64,000 nt of DNA. Origin: an uncultured Candidatus Saccharibacteria bacterium (GTDB lineage Bacteria > Patescibacteriota > CALEFQ01 > G965231055). Both the position numbers and the translations under genes were made by a program. Shown one piece after another: positions 28,418-35,839 of this stretch. The stretch lies in the NCBI GenBank assembly GCA_965231055.1, contig OZ246411.1, positions 665,875 through 729,874 on the forward strand, read 5' to 3'. How positions within the stretch are numbered: position 1 is the stretch's first letter; each line of letters begins with the position of its first letter. Under the pieces are notes generated by a model. That model had not been told where the DNA came from. It saw only the letters and a list, made by a program, of their open reading frames with translations, and did not search any database.

Positions 28418-29131
28418 TTAGCCTAATAGTTTTTGTTTTATTTCGTCTTCGCTCAGAATCCTGTATTGACCCGATGCGAGATTTCCAAGTTCAAGTTTGT
28501 TTAGTGACACTCTTACAAGTCGCCACACATGTAGTCCTAGATTTCTACACATTCCTCTGATCTGTCTCTTTCTCCCCTCTCCCAATTCAAATTTCAATAA
28601 AGTGTTGGTGCCCTTTGGAGCTATGAGCGTAACTTCTGCTGGTCTAGTTTTGTATCCGTCTATGTCAAAGCTTCCATTTAATTTTTCCAAAACCTCGTCG
28701 CTAAATTTTCCTGAAACCAAGACTTCGTAAACTTTTTTGTGCCCAAACGAAGGATGCGTCATTTTATTGATCAAGTCTCCGTCATTTGAAAATATCATAA
28801 GTCCTTCGCTATCTTTATCGAGGCGACCTGCGTATTCTAGTTTTTCATCAAAATCACCCAGAAGTTCATATATAGATTTTCCTTCTCTGATAAAACGAGA
28901 ACAGATGTATCCAGCTGGCTTGTTTAAAACTATTGTGATTTTTTTCTTTGAGACTGATATAATTTCATCTTTAAATTTTACTACATCCTTACTAGGATCC
29001 ACCTTGGTTCCAAGCTCTGTAACTTTTTCACCATTTACGAAAATATATCCGTGAGCAATCAAAACCTCCGCCTTTCTTCTTGAGGCGATTCCTGCATCTG
29101 CTATAAATTTTTGGAGTCTAACTAGTGCCAT
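28418..29131 (-). CDS. rRNA pseudouridine synthase, RsuA/RluB family (S4 domain + catalytic domain)
   Basis: N-terminal S4 RNA-binding motif (RLQKFIADAGIASRRKAEVLI), catalytic GRLDKDSEGL, and C-terminal GRKRQIRGMC. Confidence 0.7.
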   Translation of the reverse strand: MALVRLQKFIADAGIASRRKAEVLIAHGYIFVNGEKVTELGTKVDPSKDVVKFKDEIISVSKKKITIVLNKPAGYICSRFIREGKSIYELLGDFDEKLEYAGRLDKDSEGLMIFSNDGDLINKMTHPSFGHKKVYEVLVSGKFSDEVLEKLNGSFDIDGYKTRPAEVTLIAPKGTNTLLKFELGEGRKRQIRGMCRNLGLHVWRLVRVSLNKLELGNLASGQYRILSEDEIKQKLLG

Positions 29132-29170
29132 AAGTATTAATTAACTTTAGTTTACTATACCATTTAGCTA

Positions 29171-29207
29171 TAAAAAAACGAAGCTGATCACATGTACCAG
29201 CTCCGTT
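29171..29207 (-). terminator. Rho-independent terminator after surface protein gene 29228-30388
   Basis: AACGGAGCTG ... CAGCTTCGTT hairpin (minus strand) followed by UUUUUUUA. Confidence 0.55.
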
Positions 29208-29227
29208 TTCATATATTTAACTTACAA

Positions 29228-30388
29228 TTATTTTTTTAAACCGAGATTATTGAATGGCTCTTTGGTTTCATTTTTCTTCTCATCTTCATCGTCATCTTTC
29301 TTTTTGGTAAGTAACCAAATTATGAAAGCTACGATCAAAGCTATAATCAACCAGAACCACCATTGCTTCAAAAGCCATTTAAACCAATCACCAAGTTTTT
29401 GCATGAATGATTTGGCTTCAGCTTTTACTTCCGGAGCTTTGTCATCAGAAGTTCCAAGAATAATTCCGGAATTATCTGAATCATTATCATTGGTAGTGAT
29501 TTTGTCATTACTATCTTTGTCTGCGTCTGTTTTTGACGTGTCTTTATCATCATCTCCAGCAACAGTTCCTTTGGCAAGTGTAAATGCAATCATATCACTC
29601 CATTCGCTGTAATTTCCTGCTCTGTCTGCTGATCTTACTTTCGCGAAGTAATCTCCAGCTTCAAGATTTGAAATTACTATACTGTTATTGGCAATTACTT
29701 TTGAATCAAAAGCGTAAGTTTGAAAATTGGTATTTTTTGCAACAACCACATTGTAACCATAAACTCCACTAGATAGATTGCTTGGAGCAATTTGATCATC
29801 TGAGGTGGTCCAATTCAAGTTAACGCTATCTTTGAACTTGCTTGAATTTACAGTTGTGAAAGAAGGAGAATTTGGATTTCTGGTTTCAGTCCAGAATCTA
29901 GCATAAGAACTTTTCTCAACTTGACCTTTCATGTTTTCCACTTCCATTTGAACAACCCAAGATCCATCACCAAGCTGCTTGATTTGTTTTTCTATAATCT
30001 TGTTTGATATCACGGCTGATGTTCCAGAAATAGAAACCTCAAAGTGAGCATAGTTTATTCCTGCTGGTTTGCATTCTGATCCAGCGCTCTGACCGTAATC
30101 ACAATTTCCAGCTGTGTGCCAAACATTGAATCTGGCTACTTTGAGTCCAGCTTCATCAACCACACTTGCGTTTACAGTTACAAATTTCTCACTATGCGTG
30201 AAAAGATCTGAAACACTAGCGTTTCCATTGTAATTGATCTCACCGAGATGAAAATCTTTGATTATAGTAGAAGAAGCGCTAGTTTTGGATGGAATCACGA
30301 ATCCCATAGCCAAAATAGCAATCAAAGCTACTACCAAGATTTTGCCTGTTTTAAGCCAATTTTTCATAATTTTTAACTTATTTAACAA
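29228..30388 (-). CDS. Secreted surface protein with FN3-like domain, acidic stalk and C-terminal KWWFWLII membrane anchor
   Basis: Signal peptide. FN3-like VNLNWTTSDD...AGDYFAKVRSADRAGNYSEWSDMIAFTL. D/K/T/S-rich stalk. C-terminus AEAKSFMQKLGDWFKWLLKQWWFWLIIALIVAFIIWLLTKKKDDDEDEKK, homologous to the C-termini of 19202-21214 and 21363-24317. Confidence 0.6.
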   Translation of the reverse strand: MLNKLKIMKNWLKTGKILVVALIAILAMGFVIPSKTSASSTIIKDFHLGEINYNGNASVSDLFTHSEKFVTVNASVVDEAGLKVARFNVWHTAGNCDYGQSAGSECKPAGINYAHFEVSISGTSAVISNKIIEKQIKQLGDGSWVVQMEVENMKGQVEKSSYARFWTETRNPNSPSFTTVNSSKFKDSVNLNWTTSDDQIAPSNLSSGVYGYNVVVAKNTNFQTYAFDSKVIANNSIVISNLEAGDYFAKVRSADRAGNYSEWSDMIAFTLAKGTVAGDDDKDTSKTDADKDSNDKITTNDNDSDNSGIILGTSDDKAPEVKAEAKSFMQKLGDWFKWLLKQWWFWLIIALIVAFIIWLLTKKKDDDEDEKKNETKEPFNNLGLKK

Positions 30389-30467
30389 ATAAAAAATTAC
30401 TTTTACGCTTTACCCTAATACAAAGTACTAAATTAGTCAAGTTTATTCTTTATGAGATAATATTTTG

Positions 30468-30496
30468 ACTTGACAAAATGCTTTTAAAGTTGTAGT
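30468..30496 (+). promoter_or_regulatory. Candidate sigma70-type promoter (TTGACA-17-TAGTAA with upstream TG) for gene 30647-32563
   Basis: TTGACA at 30468 and TGTAGTAA at 30489-30496. Confidence 0.25.
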
Positions 30497-30646
30497 AAGG
30501 AGTGTCACGCTGTATAAGAATAATAATCAGTTTCAGTCAACGGAACTGTAAAAAACCCCATTTTATGTGTTTTTTCAGCTCTGTTCATTGAAAATTTGCG
30601 TGGAAACAATAACAACAATTTGCCTCAAAGAGGCAAGGAGGATGTC

Positions 30647-32563
30647 ATGGTAAAGCTTAATAACTTTTTTTTCGCTGTATTCACCGTTTGTTTGATTACA
30701 ACCCTTTTCCCCACAATTTCGTGGGCGACAAACTGCGACACACAAATCTCAATAAGTTTCGACCAGTGTCGCACAGGTTCAACAGCCGGCCTAAGTAATT
30801 ATCACGATTGCGGGGTTGGCCACGAAGGACCGGACCAGTGCTATAGGTTTACTATTTCGTCCACAACCACAATCAGATTTCGCGGAAAGGCTGATTTCGA
30901 TGCCGACTGGTCTATCGCAACTGAGTGTGGACCAGACATCGGCGATGTCCGATGCATCGATTTCACACAGGGCGGAAATCCGGACTTCAGCTGCGGAAGT
31001 TTCTCCGTGAATACTTACAGTATTATGGACGAGACAATTACACTGAATGCTGGATCATACAAGATTTGGGTCGACGGATACTATTCGTACTCGGATGGAA
31101 ATTATGCGCTCATGATTACAAACGAAAGCGCAACAAATACTCCAACCCGTACACCGACTCGAACTCCGACGAGAACGCCAACGCGTACTCCAACATCAGT
31201 TCCGCCAACCAATACCGCAACTCGGACACCGACACGGACACCCACAAGTGTACCTGCCACAAGCACGCCATTCCCAACAAACACTTCAGTTCCTCAGACA
31301 CACACACCCGCACCGACAAATACTCAAAGCCCCACAACACCCACACCATCCCCGATTCCAACGTGTTATAACAATGCATTGGAAAACCCGGGGTTTGAAA
31401 TGTGGGACGAGCCAGAACTTCCGCCAATGGAATGGATTCTTAGCAACCCTGAGGATTCATACGCAAGGATGGAGCCAGTCAATTATTATGACGGTGAATA
31501 TTCTTGCAGAATTGCTTGGTGGGATGCCACACATTCCATCTATCTTTCACAAGCTATGTCGATGATTCAGGGAACCGAATTGCATCTGCGGATAAAATAT
31601 CTCGATATGAATCCGCACGCCCACATTCAAATCAAGAATACATTTATCAACTCCGTGGGTGATAGTATCGGTGAATCCTGGAGCGAAGCATCTGCAACAA
31701 ATGCAGATTGGCAAACGCTCGAAATTTTCGTCATGGCTCCGCCGGGAACCGTGGCCTCTATCTTTTCGATCGAAGCCGAAGCAGATGTGCCGGAATATCA
31801 GGGTGAAACTTTCATAATCCTTGTGGACAATGCGGAAATTTGCAGTATATACCAGCACAGCCCGACACCAACACGAACCGCAACGCCCGTACCAACCAAT
31901 ACCGCTATACCGACAAACACTGCAACTCGGACACCGACACGTACACCAACGAGTGCATCCGCTACAAGCACACCGACAAGTACTCCGATTCCTGCAACTC
32001 GAACACCCACTCCGACAAATACACATAATCCTAACCCAACATCCACCCCAACAGTAATTCCTTCAACAAATACCCCGCACCACAATCCAACCTCAACACC
32101 CACTATCCAGCAACCTACGAATACCGCAATACCATACACACCGGAACCAACCCCGACAGCAGAATGCCCAGAGCTCGGAATCAGGATTCAAATGCCTGAT
32201 TTCACATCTCCCGGAGACCCGTTCTTTGTAACAGGTCACATCTGCAACACTGTCGGACACGAGTTTAAAGACATCATGGTGTTTTTTATCCTCGATGTTT
32301 ACGAGGATTACTGGTTTTGGCCAAGTTGGAGTCATTACGGTCTAAACGTAGGCGGAACGATCGACTACATTGTCCAAGATATCAATCAAGGACATGAGGA
32401 AGTTGACGTGATTCCAACCTTTTACTGGCCCGACACTGGTGACTTAGAAGCTCGTGGGTTGTCGATCTGGGGAGCACTTGTTGTTCAAGACGAAGATGGA
32501 GTATCACTCATCCTCGGAGAATTCGACAGACACAGCTTTGGCTTCGGACCCAATCCCAACTAA
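30647..32563 (+). CDS. Secreted multidomain protein: PPC (pre-peptidase C-terminal)-like domain, Thr-Pro linker, CBM4/9-like jelly-roll domain, second Thr-Pro linker, unknown C-terminal domain. Compositionally foreign (GC-rich).
   Basis: Start set at MVKLNNFFF with GGAGG 6 nt upstream. Signal peptide. PPC-like motifs [26 protein letters not shown] and [37 protein letters not shown] linkers. NPGFEMWDE...[12 protein letters not shown] resembles carbohydrate-binding-module family 4/9. GC content is visibly far above the flanking DNA. Confidence 0.6.
   Translation: MVKLNNFFFAVFTVCLITTLFPTISWATNCDTQISISFDQCRTGSTAGLSNYHDCGVGHEGPDQCYRFTISSTTTIRFRGKADFDADWSIATECGPDIGDVRCIDFTQGGNPDFSCGSFSVNTYSIMDETITLNAGSYKIWVDGYYSYSDGNYALMITNESATNTPTRTPTRTPTRTPTRTPTSVPPTNTATRTPTRTPTSVPATSTPFPTNTSVPQTHTPAPTNTQSPTTPTPSPIPTCYNNALENPGFEMWDEPELPPMEWILSNPEDSYARMEPVNYYDGEYSCRIAWWDATHSIYLSQAMSMIQGTELHLRIKYLDMNPHAHIQIKNTFINSVGDSIGESWSEASATNADWQTLEIFVMAPPGTVASIFSIEAEADVPEYQGETFIILVDNAEICSIYQHSPTPTRTATPVPTNTAIPTNTATRTPTRTPTSASATSTPTSTPIPATRTPTPTNTHNPNPTSTPTVIPSTNTPHHNPTSTPTIQQPTNTAIPYTPEPTPTAECPELGIRIQMPDFTSPGDPFFVTGHICNTVGHEFKDIMVFFILDVYEDYWFWPSWSHYGLNVGGTIDYIVQDINQGHEEVDVIPTFYWPDTGDLEARGLSIWGALVVQDEDGVSLILGEFDRHSFGFGPNPN
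31141..31330 (+). repeat. Coding tandem/imperfect repeats encoding the first Thr-Pro-rich linker
   Basis: Iterated ACnCCnACnCGn units (TPTRTP). The segment GCAACTCGGACACCGACACGGACACCCAC recurs at 31918-31950. Confidence 0.7.
31861..32110 (+). repeat. Coding repeats encoding the second Thr-Pro-rich linker (internal duplication of linker 1)
   Basis: [15 protein letters not shown] is shared with linker 1, and the nucleotide identity is near-perfect over ~25 nt. Confidence 0.7.
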
Positions 32564-32665
32564 TCTCATCCACGCAAACGCTCTTGGGCCAACTGCTTTT
32601 TCAAAGTATGTTGGCCCTCGTTATTTTGAATGTCTCACTGTGAGATATTCAAAAATACGAGGAAA

Positions 32666-32698
32666 TAAAAAATACTCTGAAATTTACAGAGTATTTTT
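32666..32698. terminator. Strong bidirectional rho-independent terminator
   Basis: Perfect 12-bp stem AAAAATACTCTG/CAGAGTATTTTT with loop AAATTTA, between convergent genes. Confidence 0.7.
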
Positions 32699-32709
32699 TA
32701 AATTAGCGA

Positions 32710-33552
32710 TCAAGACATCGCTTTTAAAAATCTGTTAACATATTGAGATGGGATGGTTCTTCCCATAACTATATTCGGAGTAAAGTTTGGACCATGCCAG
32801 TCACTACCAGCTGTAATATATAGATCGAACATATTTGCGATAGACTTAATCATTTTTATCTCCTCATGAGTGTGTTTGGGAAAATACACTTCGATGCCTT
32901 TAAGACCAAGTTTAGCTAATTTTAGTATCATTTCTTTATAACTATCTAAACCCATATTTCTCAACTCCCTACCTGAATGAGCTAACACCGAAATACCCCC
33001 AGACTTACTAATCAAAGAGAAACTCTGTTCGGGCGTCATCATCCAAGAATCATCCTCAATAGTAAAAACATATCTTTTTAAGATTTCTTTAAGGGAAATA
33101 GATTGATTTAAGTGCTCTAAAACTAATCTAGCCAATGTATTCCTACTAACATATGCCTCATGATTTTTTTTGAGATTATTAAAATTCAAATTAATTCCTG
33201 GAAAAATCTTATTCAATTTTTTTATAATAGAGCGAGCCCTTTCGTTATACCCATTAATTGTACTAAACAAACCTTTGTTCAATAGTGACATATTAAGATT
33301 AGCACCGTAGCCCAACACATGCAAGGATTTTTTTATGCCAGATAATCTCAGGGTAGTAGAAATTTCAATACCGTTAATATATTTTATCCCACTATAACGC
33401 GCAAACTCTTTTGCTTCTTTGTTATTAGAAATAAAATTATGTTCAGTGATTGAAAAGACTGAAATATTTTGCTTCTTTGCTTCCTTAACCATTTGCAATG
33501 GCGACAATTCCCCATCAGAAAAATAAGAATGTGTATGTAGATCTATATACAT
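32710..33552 (-). CDS. PHP-domain metal-dependent phosphoesterase (TrpH/YciV-like)
   Basis: MYIDLHTHSYFSDGELSP...VFSITEHN matches the PHP motif DLHxHSxxSDGxxSP...TDH. VLAHSGR and DWHG are downstream His/Asp motifs. Confidence 0.65.
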   Translation of the reverse strand: MYIDLHTHSYFSDGELSPLQMVKEAKKQNISVFSITEHNFISNNKEAKEFARYSGIKYINGIEISTTLRLSGIKKSLHVLGYGANLNMSLLNKGLFSTINGYNERARSIIKKLNKIFPGINLNFNNLKKNHEAYVSRNTLARLVLEHLNQSISLKEILKRYVFTIEDDSWMMTPEQSFSLISKSGGISVLAHSGRELRNMGLDSYKEMILKLAKLGLKGIEVYFPKHTHEEIKMIKSIANMFDLYITAGSDWHGPNFTPNIVMGRTIPSQYVNRFLKAMS

Positions 33553-33609
33553 GTATTAATTATATCAAAAAAACTCTCGCTGTACTAATTAGTCCAACGA
33601 GAGTGTCAT

Positions 33610-34377
33610 TCAATAGCTTTTTAGTGAGCGACATATTGTCTGGTAGTTATTTTTAAATTGAACTCCGTGTAAAACCAGATTAAATAGGTTTTCATACCAA
33701 TTCATAAGAAGAACACCTCGCTCAAAGTCGATTGAACCCTTGCATGATATAAGAAACCCCATAGCTGAGGATGAATCTACGCCGTAAATTTCGTCAAATA
33801 GATTAAAGCACTTTTTGAGATTTGAAGGCGTAACCAAATAGGGGCTCTTGTGCTTACAAGCATAATAAGTAAGTGCATTACCAGGACCATGGAGCAGCTT
33901 ACTTACAAAAATTCTACCTTCTTCATTACTAAGTGACCTGATTAATTGTCTTCTGCATATTGTTCTATTGTCATGAAGTACATACGCGGTCAAGTCAGAA
34001 AAAGAAAACCAATGAGTTGAAGTACTTATTGAATTAATATTAAGATCCCCCTTAATATTAAATCCAAAGGTAAGCGATGGATTATACCTGGGATACCACA
34101 ATGGCGAATTAAGATCTACGAATTCGTCTTCCGTATGAACGACGAGATCTATATCTTGCTCTGTTTTTTTTGACAATATTTCTCGAGATCGTTTTAATGC
34201 AGAATAACAATCATGGCTTACAACACCGCAAGAACTAGACACGACCACGGCAATGTCCATGTCTACAGACGATTCATTATAGAGCCATGAACCATAAACT
34301 TTAGCACTTTGCAAGTATTTAATCTTACGCAATTCTATACCAACATCACGTAGAATATTCTTTTTCGTCTTATCCAT
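33610..34377 (-). CDS. Nucleotidyltransferase-fold protein (Pol-beta-like NTase domain + uncharacterised C-terminal domain)
   Basis: KVYGSWLYNESSVDMDIAVVV contains the GS...DxD motif. IDLVVHTEDEF supplies the third acidic residue. 255 aa, similar in size to KNTase/ANT enzymes but with unknown specificity. Confidence 0.5.
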   Translation of the reverse strand: MDKTKKNILRDVGIELRKIKYLQSAKVYGSWLYNESSVDMDIAVVVSSSCGVVSHDCYSALKRSREILSKKTEQDIDLVVHTEDEFVDLNSPLWYPRYNPSLTFGFNIKGDLNINSISTSTHWFSFSDLTAYVLHDNRTICRRQLIRSLSNEEGRIFVSKLLHGPGNALTYYACKHKSPYLVTPSNLKKCFNLFDEIYGVDSSSAMGFLISCKGSIDFERGVLLMNWYENLFNLVLHGVQFKNNYQTICRSLKSY

Positions 34378-34585
34378 AACATCCTCCTATGAAATAATTA
34401 TTAAAGAGCTGCTATTAGCGAAATTTATACACAAAAGCCACTAATAGCTTAATCATATAATACGATTAAACTACTTGATTTTAGGAAAAGAATCAAGTAT
34501 CATCTTTTAAGCAGTTTAATAACTCCCAATCCTTCTTTCACCACTATGTAGCTAATACTTCTCGCACTACTAGTTCATCTAATAA

Positions 34586-34708
34586 TCCGGGATCGTCTAA
34601 TGGCCTGCCTCGCATTGACGAGCAACGCGAGTCAAGGCGGGCCTGCCTCGCCTGAAGGATTTTGTGATATAGGGATGGTTTCTATTTTGCGAGTCAAGGC
34701 GGGTAGGA
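34586..34708 (+). pseudogene. tRNA-Gln 5' fragment (nt 1-19 and 20-27) split by a 97-bp GC-rich insertion; duplicate of the 5' end of the downstream intact tRNA-Gln
   Basis: AATAATCCGGGATCGTCTAATGG (34581-34603) matches AATAATCCGGGATCGTCTAACGG at 34755-34778. TAGGACAG (34701-34708) matches tRNA positions 20-27, after which the similarity ends. The insert carries the internal direct repeats CCTGCCTCGC and GCGAGTCAAGGCGGG. Confidence 0.45.
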
Positions 34709-34760
34709 CAGTTCGTTATAAATAACAATACTAGATAAATAGCATATATACATTGAATAA

Positions 34761-34834
34761 TCCGGGATCGTCTAACGGTAGGACAGTGGACTCTGGATCC
34801 ACTAATCTTGGTTCAAATCCAAGTCCCGGAGCCA
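34761..34834 (+). tRNA. tRNA-Gln (anticodon CUG), CCA encoded
   Basis: Manual fold: acceptor TCCGGGA/TCCCGGA, D-arm GTCT-AACGGTA-GGAC, anticodon arm GTGGA-CTCTGGA-TCCAC (CTG), variable TAAT, T-arm CTTGG-TTCAAAT-CCAAG, discriminator G, CCA. Confidence 0.85.
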
Positions 34835-34878
34835 GGGCTTCGCCTACGACTCTGTCGCGAGCTATGCCCTGTAAAAAA

Positions 34879-34900
34879 CCGCCCGTAAGGCGATTTTTTG
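34879..34900. terminator. Weak hairpin/U-tract terminator between tRNA-Gln (+) and ftsX (-)
   Basis: CGCC-CGTAA-GGCG followed by ATTTTTTG. Confidence 0.35.
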
Positions 34901-34906
34901 TTTGCG

Positions 34907-35818
34907 CTATTTGCTCAGATATCTACCTATCGCTATAGAACTGCTTATCACTCCGAACACAACTCCGCATCCGAGCAAGAACAAGAAAATCCAATGCAAA
35001 TTTGAAATGTAATAAGACATCAGATCGAGATTCCCGCTTCCAAAAAAGTTGGCAATTTTGGGAGTTGCAAAATGCAAAATTGGATAAAGAATTCCTGTGG
35101 TTATAATGCTCGCGAAAAATCCGTATAAAATTCCTTCAAATATAAATGGCCACCTGATAAACCAATTTGAAGCACCCACCAATCTCATAATACCTATTTC
35201 CTCTCTGTGAGAATAAATAGCAAGTCTCACAGTATTGAAAATAACTAGAATAGAAACTATCGCGAAAACACCGCTCACCACCAAAGCAATTTGCCTAGAA
35301 GTTCTAGTGATACGAGTAAGTCTCTCTATAATAGATTTATTGTCCGTGTAATCAACTTCACTTATCACGCCCTTGAAATCTTCTGGGTTTAGCTTCTGGT
35401 TTATTCCTTCGTAAGTATTTGGATTTTTTGCTTTGACCACCATAGAATTTTCTAGAGGATTTTCACCGAGCTCATCTATAGCTTCAAGTATTTCTTTTCT
35501 ACCTGCATTGTCTTTTCTAAATTCCTCTAGCCCCTCGTCTTTGGAAATAAAAATAGTAGAATCAACTTCACTAAAGCTTTCTACGTACTTTTGAACATTT
35601 TTCATTTGAGCGCTAGTGGCTTCGTCTTCAAAGTAAACTGTAATATCAACTTTCTTTTCTAGATCCTTGATAGTAAAATCACTGAGAAAGTTTAGAAGCC
35701 CCAGGCTACTTACTATAAATAGAGTAATCACCATGATTCCAGTGGTCGCCAAACTAACCAGAAGATTTCTCTTGAAGTTTTCAAATGCGAATTGAATGCC
35801 TCGTCCAAAATATCTCAC
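34907..35818 (-). CDS. ftsX: Cell division protein FtsX (ABC-transporter permease-like)
   Basis: Four-TM FtsX architecture with a large first extracellular loop. Conserved C-terminal region IGIMRLVGASNWFIRWPFIFEG. Immediately downstream of ftsE. Confidence 0.8.
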   Translation of the reverse strand: MRYFGRGIQFAFENFKRNLLVSLATTGIMVITLFIVSSLGLLNFLSDFTIKDLEKKVDITVYFEDEATSAQMKNVQKYVESFSEVDSTIFISKDEGLEEFRKDNAGRKEILEAIDELGENPLENSMVVKAKNPNTYEGINQKLNPEDFKGVISEVDYTDNKSIIERLTRITRTSRQIALVVSGVFAIVSILVIFNTVRLAIYSHREEIGIMRLVGASNWFIRWPFIFEGILYGFFASIITTGILYPILHFATPKIANFFGSGNLDLMSYYISNLHWIFLFLLGCGVVFGVISSSIAIGRYLSK

Positions 35819-35839
35819 TTTTTTGTATAATTTATATAA

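Noticed and set aside
30596-30646. Upstream extension MRGNNNNNLPQRGKEDV of the GC-rich gene
   Set aside because: GGAGG lies 6 nt before the ATG at 30647, and the signal peptide begins there. The extension has no RBS.
31141-32110. Possible CRISPR-like or tandem DNA repeats
   Set aside because: The repeats are short (9-18 bp), imperfect, in frame and inside a CDS (Thr-Pro linker). There are no spacer-repeat regularity and no cas genes.
30925-32139. Multiple overlapping ORFs in all frames (30925-31371, 31102-31284, 31116-31427, 31248-31565, 31547-32026, 31798-32139, 31821-32057, 31840-32028)
   Set aside because: They are artefacts of the GC-rich, repeat-rich Thr-Pro linker coding DNA of gene 30647-32563. 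Translations are low-complexity (R/V/G/H-rich) with no starts supported by an RBS.
34604-34700. Self-splicing intron within a tRNA-Gln gene copy
   Set aside because: After the insert only 8 nt (positions 20-27) match the tRNA. The anticodon and T arms and the 3' acceptor are missing, so splicing could not restore a tRNA. A scar or pseudogene is more likely.
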